This document shows, piece by piece, positions 28,468-37,360 of a DNA stretch of 64,000 nucleotides (position 1 is the first letter of the stretch; each line of letters starts with the position of its first letter). The translations under genes and the position numbers were made by a program. Location: NCBI GenBank assembly GCA_029261405.1, contig JAJDBK010000076.1:132-64131 (forward strand), read 5' to 3'. The notes beneath the pieces are model-generated. The model made no database searches. It saw only the letters and a program-made list of their open reading frames with translations, and was not told where the DNA came from. This stretch comes from Nitrospinaceae bacterium. GTDB lineage: Bacteria; Nitrospinota_A; UBA7883; JAJDBK01.

Positions 28468-29580
28468 ATGAATTTCAGGCGGCTGTTGCTGATCTTTATT
28501 TCCATTACCCTCTTTACCGCAGGGTTTGTCGCCTCTCTGGAACACTACACCTCTCGGTCCGCCTTCTGCGGTACATGCCATATAATGGTGAAGTACCACC
28601 GGTCCTGGGCCGGATCGAGCCACTCGAATATCGACTGGGTCAGTTGCCACTCCTCCCCCGGAGCCGCTAACCTGGTGAAGGCGAAACTCAAGGGGTTATC
28701 ACAGCTGTTCTCATATATGGCCACAGGCGGAAAAGGGATCGTCCGAGCCAAAAGTGGTGTTGACGACAAAAGTTGCCTTGTGGCCAATTGCCATCCTGAA
28801 GATTCGTTTATCAAGAAGCGGTTGTTTATAAAGGGGAAAACTCCTTTCGTTCATAAACCTCATTTTGAGAAACCGATACCTGGACAGAAGTTGCACTGCG
28901 ACTCCTGTCACGCCTACGTCTCTTCAGCAAAACATTTTGAGACCGAGCTTAACACCTGCTACCTTTGTCATTTCAAGAACACCTCTTTCAACGAGGGGCG
29001 TGGAGAATGCGAGCTTTGCCATACCCTTCCAGATAAACCGCTGGCCCACCTCGCTAACCACGGTAGCGAAGAAGAGCCGAAAGGGAGGCTCATCACCCAT
29101 AAGAGGCTGAAACAAATGAAGGTGAACTGCGCCAACTGCCATGACGACCTGGTGGAGGGGGACGGCAATGTGGTTGAGGACAGGTGTCTTGACTGCCATG
29201 AAAAAGGGGATCATCTTGCAAAAATTGATGATATGCCTCTGATGCACAGCGTTCACGTTGCGACACTCGATACCGCGTGCAGAGCCTGTCACAGCCGAAT
29301 CGAACATAAGGTCTCATCCGATTACCTCGACAGGATGAGGGCCAAATGCGAGCTTTGCCACCCCGACCACCATCTGGAGTTCATGTCACAATTCACCAGC
29401 GACAACAGGGAGGGGCCGATGAATATTTTCCGAACCAACTGCATGGCGTGCCATGTCGATGATGGTCATGATTCCAAGGGGGGAAAACTTAAAAAAGGAA
29501 GTTTTAGAGCCTGTATGCAGTGTCATATGGCCTCCCATGGAGGGGAAGAGGAGAAACCTCAAAACAACCAGCTGAAATGA
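28468..29580 (+). CDS. membrane-anchored multiheme cytochrome c (NapC/NirT/NrfH-type N-terminus, 10 CxxCH plus one CX4CH)
   Basis: N-terminal TM helix followed by CGTCHIM. The CxxCH motifs are CGTCH, CDSCH, CYLCH, CELCH, CANCH, CLDCH, CRACH, CELCH, CMACH and CMQCH. There is also CLVANCH. Confidence 0.8.
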   Translation: MNFRRLLLIFISITLFTAGFVASLEHYTSRSAFCGTCHIMVKYHRSWAGSSHSNIDWVSCHSSPGAANLVKAKLKGLSQLFSYMATGGKGIVRAKSGVDDKSCLVANCHPEDSFIKKRLFIKGKTPFVHKPHFEKPIPGQKLHCDSCHAYVSSAKHFETELNTCYLCHFKNTSFNEGRGECELCHTLPDKPLAHLANHGSEEEPKGRLITHKRLKQMKVNCANCHDDLVEGDGNVVEDRCLDCHEKGDHLAKIDDMPLMHSVHVATLDTACRACHSRIEHKVSSDYLDRMRAKCELCHPDHHLEFMSQFTSDNREGPMNIFRTNCMACHVDDGHDSKGGKLKKGSFRACMQCHMASHGGEEEKPQNNQLK

Positions 29581-29646
29581 AAATAAATCCATTGCTTTGC
29601 AAAGGCGATAAGGAGACAATAGCGCGCTTTAACACCAGGTCCGGCT

Positions 29647-29663
29647 CCTGGAGTTACTCCAGG
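29647..29663 (+). terminator. short perfect hairpin (7-bp stem CCTGGAG/CTCCAGG, 3-nt loop) downstream of the cytochrome gene; weak terminator or attenuator candidate
   Basis: Read directly. There is no following T-run, so this is weak. Confidence 0.15.
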
Positions 29664-29736
29664 GACTGGTAACAGGAAAACCCTCCGGGTCGAAAGGCCT
29701 TCCTGAAGAGTGAAATAACCTCATGGGTAAGAATAG

Positions 29737-32016
29737 TTGAAACGAACATTGACCGGCTTTCTGCTGGCTTCCCTTCTGCTTACCGGTATTCTTGTTTCGA
29801 CCGGGACAGGTTATTACGCCACCCAAGCCCTGCGACTTGCCATCGAGGAGAATATCTCAGCGATTCATAAGCTGTTGCAACCGAGGTTCAAGGCTTTCGA
29901 CCACCTGATAGCCAGAGAAGAAGATGATATTCTGGCAAGCATGACAGAGAGCCTGCCGAAGATCGCAAAGGAAATAAGTGACCTCGCTACTCCTCATAAA
30001 GAGATTGATGTGGCGATATTACAGGAAATTGTAAAAAAGCATGGGTTCACGGAGCTTTATCTCATAGACAAAACCGGCAATATAGTCAATACCACCTACG
30101 CTCCCGATCTGAATTTCAACCTTACATCCATATCCTCAGGCTTCGCCGAATGGCTCAACGGAATTTTCGGCAAAGGGACGGTCTTTGTGGATCGGCTTAT
30201 CCTCTCCACCCAGACCGGAATATTGAATCAATACGGTTATTTCAGCCCCAAAGGCTCCGATTATATTGTTGAGGTGTCGATGGACATTCGGGCCTATTTC
30301 GCCCGGGCGCACGACCCCGCCTACTTCGATTTTCTGTTCCACGGTTTTTTTCTCGACGCCATCCGCACCAACGCCAAGGTCACTGATCTTGACCTTTATA
30401 TGTATAACGATCTTGCGTCCTGGTCGGTGTTGAAAGAGAAAAAGTCGATGGACCCCTCCATAGCCAGGAAACTGCTGAATGTGTCGGAAGTCAGAGTCGA
30501 GGATGGCGATAATCTGATCGTCTACTCCCGCTTCAAACCCGCTTTAAAACAGGGAATTTTTTCACAGGAATTCTGCACCAGGGTCACTTACGACATGAGT
30601 GATTTTCGTACAATCCCGATGAAGATAGCTCTCTTTTCTCTGATAACACTGCTTATCATAATTCCCCTCACCTTCTGTAGCGCCTCCTGGGCTATCAACC
30701 TGAGGATAATCTCGCCGCTATTGGGCATCATAAAAAGTCTGGAACGGGTCGGCGAAGGTAACTACAACAGATCCATCGAAGTGAAGGGAGACCGTGAGAT
30801 AGTAAAAATCGCACATGTGGTCAATCAGATGCAGAGAGAAATTCTGGGTCGGGAGTCTGAACTTATCAAGAGCAAGGAGCTTATGGAAGAGCGGGTCATC
30901 GAACGAACCTCCGAATTGCAGGTGGCCAAAGACCGGGCCGAAGAAGCCAACCGTCTGAAGGATGATTTTATCTCTCTGGTCTCCCACGATCTGCGCTCCC
31001 CCATCAATAACGCCAACATGGTCATGAAACTGCTTATCGAGGATGAAAATAGCGGACAGAACATCGAAAAAAGAGCGGAAATGCTATCCCTGGCCCAGGA
31101 GGGTCTCGACCGTTTGCTGGTTCTTATCAACAAACTGCTCGATATAAGCAGGTTGCAGACCGGAAAAATAGAGGTACACAAGTTCGGCGTAGATGTTCGT
31201 GTCAAGGTTGCGATGATATGGAACAGTATAGCCTTGGTGGCTAATGAAAAACGGCTCGTCTTTGAAAACCGGGTTCCTGAAGGGACATATTTTCTCGCCG
31301 ACTCTCACCTGTTCGGTCAGGTCATCCAGAATCTGCTGACTAACGCCGTAAAATTCTCCCATTCGGGTTCTACCATCACGGTTGACGTTTCCATAGGGGA
31401 GAGCCACATCCTTACGGTGGATGATAACGGTATCGGCATAAGCGAGGAGATTCTGCCAAACCTTTTCCGGCGCGATGTAAAAACCTCTACCGTAGGAGTA
31501 AGCGGTGAGATCGGCGCCGGGCTGGGGTTGCCCTGGTGTCACGACATAATTACTGCGCACGGCGGCGAACTTTCCGTAAAATCTATAAAAGGGGAGGGAT
31601 CGACTTTTATAGTAAAGCTTCCGAGATATGAAGACGCTATCCTTATCGTGGACGATCAACCGGCGCATCGCCAGATGATAAAGGAGCTTTTCCTGAAAAT
31701 GGACGATTTTAAGTTCATGGAAGCGTCAAACGGCGTGGAGGCGATCGAAAGCATGAAAGCGGCCCGTCCACGCCTTGTGATAACCGATATCAACATGCCC
31801 CTGATGGATGGAAAAGAGCTTATCGCGGAGATCAGATCGTGGCCCGAATATTCCGATATCCCGCTGGTCGCCGCCTCCAGCGGAGAAGGTAATGGCGCGG
31901 AAGGTATGGAGCGGTTGCGAAGGGAGGTCATCCGCTCCGGCGCTGACGACTTCGTTATCAAACCTGTCATCGGGAGTGAATTTATTCCTCGTGTAAAGAG
32001 GTTCATCCAGCAGTAA
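29737..32016 (+). CDS. hybrid sensor histidine kinase (periplasmic Cache-like sensor, HAMP, HisKA, HATPase_c, C-terminal receiver)
   Basis: TM1 is near aa 8-27 and a ~270 aa periplasmic region contains YLIDKTGNIVNTTYAPDLNFNL (Cache-like). TM2 is followed by HAMP, then H-box FISLVSHDLRSPIN, G-boxes DDNGIGIS and GAGLGLPW, and the receiver ILIVDDQPAHR...LVITDINMPLMDG. Confidence 0.8.
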   Translation: MKRTLTGFLLASLLLTGILVSTGTGYYATQALRLAIEENISAIHKLLQPRFKAFDHLIAREEDDILASMTESLPKIAKEISDLATPHKEIDVAILQEIVKKHGFTELYLIDKTGNIVNTTYAPDLNFNLTSISSGFAEWLNGIFGKGTVFVDRLILSTQTGILNQYGYFSPKGSDYIVEVSMDIRAYFARAHDPAYFDFLFHGFFLDAIRTNAKVTDLDLYMYNDLASWSVLKEKKSMDPSIARKLLNVSEVRVEDGDNLIVYSRFKPALKQGIFSQEFCTRVTYDMSDFRTIPMKIALFSLITLLIIIPLTFCSASWAINLRIISPLLGIIKSLERVGEGNYNRSIEVKGDREIVKIAHVVNQMQREILGRESELIKSKELMEERVIERTSELQVAKDRAEEANRLKDDFISLVSHDLRSPINNANMVMKLLIEDENSGQNIEKRAEMLSLAQEGLDRLLVLINKLLDISRLQTGKIEVHKFGVDVRVKVAMIWNSIALVANEKRLVFENRVPEGTYFLADSHLFGQVIQNLLTNAVKFSHSGSTITVDVSIGESHILTVDDNGIGISEEILPNLFRRDVKTSTVGVSGEIGAGLGLPWCHDIITAHGGELSVKSIKGEGSTFIVKLPRYEDAILIVDDQPAHRQMIKELFLKMDDFKFMEASNGVEAIESMKAARPRLVITDINMPLMDGKELIAEIRSWPEYSDIPLVAASSGEGNGAEGMERLRREVIRSGADDFVIKPVIGSEFIPRVKRFIQQ

Positions 32017-32097
32017 TATGCCCCCTCTGTTTGTGGGGATAGAGTGGCAGTTCTGGATGAACAAGCCTGGCGATAAAGAGACCGATGAAAACAGTGT

Positions 32098-33351
32098 TCA
32101 GGCGCTGTTGGTATGGGGATTATAAACCAGAGACTCCGCCCTGGCGACAAGCCGCCTGCGATCATGTTCATCGTGACCGATAACAAGGAATGTAAAATCG
32201 GAAGGCGCCCCTCCGAAAGGCAACACTCCGCTGGCGCGGTCAGGGTTAAACGCATCCTCCCCCAATCTTTCAATCCATTGCATCGGCGTTAAAGGAGTTC
32301 CAGCAGGAAGGCTCATGCAGAGAGCCGACCCGCTTCGGATCATGACAAGGGGGTCGCCGTTTGTAAACCTGTTGGTGAACCAGGCGGCGTAGGTCGAAGT
32401 ATTATGCCGGGCGTTCATCTCCACGGCGAAGACTTCTTCATCTTCGGTAATGATAAAATCTACGCCCAACACTCCTCGATACCCCATAGCCGCCACTTGG
32501 AAGGCAAGCTCCTTCCCCTGATCCAGGAGCTTTTCGCGAATTGTGGGGTCTTCCACCCTGTCGAAAAAATTTCCCCGGTGGTCCATTTTGTCATGCAAAA
32601 TCTGGACAGTCTCGCAGAAGAGGTAAACCTGATCGTCAGCGATATAGAATTGCAGGTTGGGGGAGAGGAGAACATCGCGCAGGGGTTGCATTACCAGCAG
32701 GGAGTCCCTCCCCATTTTATCCAGATGTTCCAGACAGGCCGTCCGCTCATCGTCGTTTCGTAAAGGCCACACGAGACTGCCGCCCACGCTGGCGCTAGAC
32801 CTGACTATCGAAGGTTTCGTTTCGATCTTCCTGATCCTGCCCGCAACGGCGTCGGAGTTGCCTATGAAACCCGGGATCCTGGGAAGATCAAGATCTTCCA
32901 TAAGGCGATAGAAGAAAATCTTGTCGTTTAAAAGCTCGGCGACCCGCCATCCGCACGACACCACGGAGCGACCCGTGGCCTCCCCGATTCTCTCTTCCCA
33001 CAAGCCCGGCATATATATCTCGAACCTGCCGTCCCACTCCTCGATTATCTTGATAAGCTTCGGACTGCCCGCTACCTCTTCGGCGAGAGAAAAACCCTCG
33101 GGACCATCGGTGAGAATCGGTATTCCACCCGCATGACACTCTTTTAGCAAGGCGAGGTATTCAGGTTCCGGAAGCTTGTCCAGAACAACGATATCATCTC
33201 TTCGGGCCATGAGAAGAGCGCGTGACGACAAGCGTTTGAACGATTTTTGTACCGTTTCATAATCTCCACTGAAGGGCCAGGAGGATTTCCGGAAACTTAT
33301 GGACGGGAGGTGAAAAACATTTTTATCCTTGCCGGGGCCAGCGTCATTCAT
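32098..33351 (-). CDS. ATP-grasp fold enzyme of unknown specificity
   Basis: C-terminal ATP-grasp signature VLGVDFIITEDEEVFAVEMNARHN. The ORF in the track starts at a TTG at 33390 overlapping the upstream gene. The ATG at 33349-33351 is preferred, but the start is uncertain. Confidence 0.55.
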   Translation of the reverse strand: MNDAGPGKDKNVFHLPSISFRKSSWPFSGDYETVQKSFKRLSSRALLMARRDDIVVLDKLPEPEYLALLKECHAGGIPILTDGPEGFSLAEEVAGSPKLIKIIEEWDGRFEIYMPGLWEERIGEATGRSVVSCGWRVAELLNDKIFFYRLMEDLDLPRIPGFIGNSDAVAGRIRKIETKPSIVRSSASVGGSLVWPLRNDDERTACLEHLDKMGRDSLLVMQPLRDVLLSPNLQFYIADDQVYLFCETVQILHDKMDHRGNFFDRVEDPTIREKLLDQGKELAFQVAAMGYRGVLGVDFIITEDEEVFAVEMNARHNTSTYAAWFTNRFTNGDPLVMIRSGSALCMSLPAGTPLTPMQWIERLGEDAFNPDRASGVLPFGGAPSDFTFLVIGHDEHDRRRLVARAESLVYNPHTNSA

Positions 33352-33370
33352 ACAGGTTTGATATCCCCGA

Positions 33371-34957
33371 TTAATCGACCGATATACCAAAAAAATCGAG
33401 GGTACGGCCTATAGAGTAGTGGTATTGAGCGACCGCTTTTCGCAGGTTGGCGATAGCGGAGAGTTCATTATTCTTCTGGACAGTCATATCTTTCTGGTAT
33501 TCGAGCACGCGAAACGAAGTAGAGGCGCCCGCTTCAAACTTGCTAAGCTCCGCCTCCAATCTTTTTTCCGCAAGATTTCGGGAAAATTCGGAAGCGGCAA
33601 GTTGTTTCCTGCCGTTTTCAATGCTCCTTATTGCGTCACGAACCTCCATGGCCACTTCCCGTTTGGCGTTTTCAAGGTTTATAACAGCCGTCTGAACGGC
33701 AAGACTCGCGCCAAGGGAGGTTGCTTTCGCCTCCCTGTTCCCCAGGGGAAAACTGAGAGTCACTCCGAAGGAGTATTGATAATAGTCGCCCGACCCGGCG
33801 TCGAGATAACTGTCAAACAGCCCACCTTCAAGATCAGACGAATCGGCGACGCCACCTGCGAGGCTGGTTGCATTCCGCACATCACCTCGCAAACCGTTTA
33901 GTGACATCACAGCGATGAAATCGAGTTCAGGTTTTTCCCCGTTCCGGTAATATACAAGTTCGGTTTCCCTGTTCTCAAGTTCCATTGAGGCCATTGCAAC
34001 TTCCGGCCTGTCGCGCAAAGCCCGGGATACGGCAAGATCGAGATCGACCTTTTCCGCGTTTATCACAGGTTCATCCACAGGGTTTAAAAGTCTCTTCCAT
34101 ATGTCGGAGCCGAGGCTTGGGTTAATCAGGCTCAGTAACCTGTCGGATGTCTCTTCAAGAGTATTGGCCGCCTCGATAACGAGCCTTTCCCGGTCCGCCA
34201 CCGAAGCCTGGGCTACAAGGATTTCTATCTGCGCAAGAGCGCCCACCTCCACCTGGATTCGGACCCTCCGTTCGAAATCACGCGCTATCGCAAGCGACTC
34301 TTTCTCGGCGGCGAGGGCGTCCTTCCGGTATACAAGTTCCCAGTATGTGCCGTTAACATCCGTTACCACATTGCTGATCGATTGCCGCAGACTCTCCTTC
34401 GAGGATATCTCCGAATTTGCGCTGGTGACGATTTGCCATCGGTTGACGTTCCTCCCCGCCCCTTTCCACAAAGGTTTGGTGAGAGACAATTTTACGACCG
34501 TGTTGTATGTCGGGTCGAGGCTACTGAAGGATGAATTTGTCGATTCCCTCAACGCTTGGGCCGACAGGGTGTACTCGCTTCCGGTATGGCTCTTTCTTGC
34601 GATAGCGACCTGGGCGTCCTGCGATTGCGACTCTCCGATAGCGGGGTCGGCGAAAGCGGACGAAGAAGGGGTGCGGGAGCCACCCAGAGTGGCGCTTGCC
34701 GAAAGGGACGGGTCGAAAGCCGATTCGGCCACGATTTTTTGCGCGCCAGCATTTAACAACTCCAGCCTCTTCAAGGCGACTTTAAAATTGTTCCGTACGC
34801 TTAAGGTCACCGCCTCTTCAAGGGTTATGGGGTACGGCTCGTCGTTCACCACGGCGGCCTGCGACACGGCGCCCCAGCCGGAGACTAAAACCAGCGCAAA
34901 ACAGGCGATGAGCGGATATCGGAAATAATTTTCCGACGATCTGTCAGAAAAAGTCAT
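33371..34957 (-). CDS. TolC-like outer membrane efflux/secretion channel protein (OEP family), signal peptide
   Basis: N-terminal signal (LIACFALVLVSGWGAVSQA). TolC-family repeat character TLEEAVTLSVRNNFKVALKRLELLNAGAQ. Two OEP repeats. Confidence 0.75.
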   Translation of the reverse strand: MTFSDRSSENYFRYPLIACFALVLVSGWGAVSQAAVVNDEPYPITLEEAVTLSVRNNFKVALKRLELLNAGAQKIVAESAFDPSLSASATLGGSRTPSSSAFADPAIGESQSQDAQVAIARKSHTGSEYTLSAQALRESTNSSFSSLDPTYNTVVKLSLTKPLWKGAGRNVNRWQIVTSANSEISSKESLRQSISNVVTDVNGTYWELVYRKDALAAEKESLAIARDFERRVRIQVEVGALAQIEILVAQASVADRERLVIEAANTLEETSDRLLSLINPSLGSDIWKRLLNPVDEPVINAEKVDLDLAVSRALRDRPEVAMASMELENRETELVYYRNGEKPELDFIAVMSLNGLRGDVRNATSLAGGVADSSDLEGGLFDSYLDAGSGDYYQYSFGVTLSFPLGNREAKATSLGASLAVQTAVINLENAKREVAMEVRDAIRSIENGRKQLAASEFSRNLAEKRLEAELSKFEAGASTSFRVLEYQKDMTVQKNNELSAIANLRKAVAQYHYSIGRTLDFFGISVD

Positions 34958-37173
34958 CGCTGGTCTGAATGATCTGACAGACGGGATAACCTGATATCCG
35001 TTTCGTTCAAACGGTTGATAAGCGACCTGATTATTTTCATCCCGATCTCAGGATAGTTTTCGATGGTCTGTTTGATCTTGTCACCCGGAAACACTTTTAC
35101 TATGCTACGCCCGGAAGAGCGGATCGTGGCGTTTCTCGGTTCGTTCTGCAACGCGGACATCTCTCCGAAATAATCGTTTGGCTGGCTGATTTCGCCGATG
35201 ATTTTTCCATCCTTGGTGATGACAAGAGAGCCTTGCATAAGCTGGTAGAAGTTTCTGTCGGTATTACCTTCGCGGATAATGAGGTCGCCATCGTCAAATG
35301 TAAGTTCGTCCGGGTTGAGCAGGTAGGCCGGGAGAGCCTCCCGAATAAGCACTGTTTTCCCCAGAACCTCTTCGAGCGTGGTTTCGCCGGCGCGCGCTTT
35401 ATCGAGGGCGTCCATCCTCAAGGTCTTCATCCCCTCCTTGATGGCTATTTTTCGTAGTTGGCTCTCCTGCAACTGAGCCGTGATAGCCTCCTTGATCGCC
35501 TCAGTGGCCTCCATCATCTCAAAAACACCGAGCCTCCCCTTGTATCCGCCACCACCACAGTGGGTACATCCCTTGCCCCGGTAGAGTTTGAAATCGGCCA
35601 GATCGTCCTTGTCGACACCCGCGTCGAGCAGCTCCTGAGGGTTGACATCCTTCACCTCTTCCTTGCACTTGGGGCAGATACGCCTGAAAAGGCGCTGGGA
35701 GGCTATGGCGCAGATTGAAGAGGCGATCATGTATCCCGGAATGCCGATATCGAGCAGTCGCCCGATGGTTGAAGGGCAGTCGTTGGTGTGCAGGGTGGAG
35801 AAGACCATATGGCCGGTCATCGCCGCCTTGATGGCGATCTCCGCTGTCTCTATGTCCCGGATCTCTCCGACCAGAATGACTTCAGGATCCTGCCGGAGGA
35901 ACGCCTTCAGCGCCGAGGCGTATGTCAGGCCAACTTCAGTCCGCACATTTACCTGGTTGATGCCGGTAAAGTTAAATTCGACAGGATCCTCGGCTGTGAG
36001 GATCTTCACCTCCGGTTTGTTCAGGATGTTTATCGCTGAGTAGAGGGTATTGGTTTTACCCGATCCGGTCGGACCAGTCACTAAAACCAGACCTTGCGGT
36101 TTGTTGATGTTTATCATGAACCGGTCGAGCATTTTCCTCGAAAACCCGAGTTTTGTCATGTCGATCTGGAGTTTGCTCTGATCCAACAGCCGCAAAACTA
36201 TCGATTCGCCGAAAAGGGTCGGCAATACGTTCACACGGAAGTCGATAGCCTTGCCCCTGCCGAGCCTGAGCTTTATTCTGCCATCCTGCGGCCTTCTTTT
36301 CTCGGCTATGTTGAGGCTCGCCATGATCTTCATGCGGGAGACTAAAGCGCCCTTGATGGTCAGCGGAAGGTTCATGGCCCGGATAAGTATTCCGTCGATC
36401 CTGTAGCGGACCTGAAAGCTCTTTTCGAACGGTTCGATATGGATATCGGATGCGCCCTGGTTGATCGCTTTGAGCAGAATTCCGTTTACCAGTTTGATAA
36501 TGGCGGCGTCGCCGGAGTTGTAGAGTTGCTCTCCTTCGTCATCATCCGTAGACTCAAGCTCCAGGTCTCCGGCCGCTTCGGAGATGATGCCACCGATATC
36601 GTCGAACTTGTCGATATTGATATTCTCTTCTACTTCATCCTTCTTGGAGACCTCCCGGTCCTTGACCAGCTCTTCATACTCCTCGTCACCAAGCTCGTAG
36701 AATGTCCTGAACTGTTCCAGAAGGGATTCTTCCAGAACGATCGCCGCCTTGACTGTCTGCCTTGAGGTCTTGTTCAACAACTCAAGATGTTTCATGTTCG
36801 TCGGGTCGAGCATTCCAATACGAATGGTCTTTCCGTCAGAACTGAGGGGAATGGACATACACTCCCGGGCGAGATCCCATGGGATCAGCTTGGCAAGTTC
36901 AGGGTCGAGTTTCTCGTCGTTAAAATCGACTACCGAAATGGAGAGCTGTCGGGAAATGAACCGGACCATGGAATCTTCATCCATGTATCCGAGTTTTATC
37001 AGGATCTTCCGGACTCCGACGTTGGTCTTCAGCTTTTTCTGGATCTCTTCGGCTTCTTTTAACTGGGACCGGGTAATCTGGCCGTCTTTGGCGAGGAGTT
37101 TCCCGAGAACCTCAGCGGCATCCTCTTTGATACTCTTCTTGAAAGATGTTTTTTTTTCAGCTATTTCAGCCAT
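34954..37173 (-). CDS. GspE/PilB-family secretion ATPase with MshEN-like N-domain and C-terminal cyclic-nucleotide-binding (CAP-family) domain
   Basis: Walker A VLVTGPTGSGKTNTLYS. T2SSE His/Asp boxes and a tetracysteine CPKC...CTHCGGGGYKGR. The N-terminus LGKLLAKDGQITRSQLKEAEEIQ fits the MshEN-type motif. The last ~125 aa, GDLIIREGN...FGEMSAL...RNATIRS, are a cNMP-binding signature. There is a 4-nt overlap with the TolC-like gene. Confidence 0.8.
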   Translation of the reverse strand: MAEIAEKKTSFKKSIKEDAAEVLGKLLAKDGQITRSQLKEAEEIQKKLKTNVGVRKILIKLGYMDEDSMVRFISRQLSISVVDFNDEKLDPELAKLIPWDLARECMSIPLSSDGKTIRIGMLDPTNMKHLELLNKTSRQTVKAAIVLEESLLEQFRTFYELGDEEYEELVKDREVSKKDEVEENINIDKFDDIGGIISEAAGDLELESTDDDEGEQLYNSGDAAIIKLVNGILLKAINQGASDIHIEPFEKSFQVRYRIDGILIRAMNLPLTIKGALVSRMKIMASLNIAEKRRPQDGRIKLRLGRGKAIDFRVNVLPTLFGESIVLRLLDQSKLQIDMTKLGFSRKMLDRFMININKPQGLVLVTGPTGSGKTNTLYSAINILNKPEVKILTAEDPVEFNFTGINQVNVRTEVGLTYASALKAFLRQDPEVILVGEIRDIETAEIAIKAAMTGHMVFSTLHTNDCPSTIGRLLDIGIPGYMIASSICAIASQRLFRRICPKCKEEVKDVNPQELLDAGVDKDDLADFKLYRGKGCTHCGGGGYKGRLGVFEMMEATEAIKEAITAQLQESQLRKIAIKEGMKTLRMDALDKARAGETTLEEVLGKTVLIREALPAYLLNPDELTFDDGDLIIREGNTDRNFYQLMQGSLVITKDGKIIGEISQPNDYFGEMSALQNEPRNATIRSSGRSIVKVFPGDKIKQTIENYPEIGMKIIRSLINRLNETDIRLSRLSDHSDQR

Positions 37174-37360
37174 ATTTTCCTGACATTCAACATGTAACGA
37201 TATTTACCGGACAAAGTCTTAATCCAGCGCATGCGACAGTAGGATTATACGATATTTGGCGCTTTTTTGCATTCAAGTGGCTCCATAAGATTGCGTAGGA
37301 GTGGTTTTTTCAATACCATAGAGCCACTCTGGATTAATACAGCGAGCTTACTCTACCGAT

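Noticed and set aside
31656-32273. 205-aa minus-strand ORF spanning the end of the hybrid kinase gene and the end of the ATP-grasp gene
   Set aside because: It overlaps two well-supported genes on both strands and has no domain signal.
33419-34928. Plus-strand ORFs of 160 and 275 aa antisense to the TolC-like gene
   Set aside because: They are shadow ORFs opposite a gene with a clear signal peptide and OEP repeats. They have no motifs.
37257-37271. Candidate sigma54 -24/-12 element TGGCGC-N6-TGCA on the plus strand upstream of the EBP gene
   Set aside because: The GG-to-GC spacing is one nucleotide shorter than the consensus and no other support exists. It is kept only as a note inside the control-region finding.
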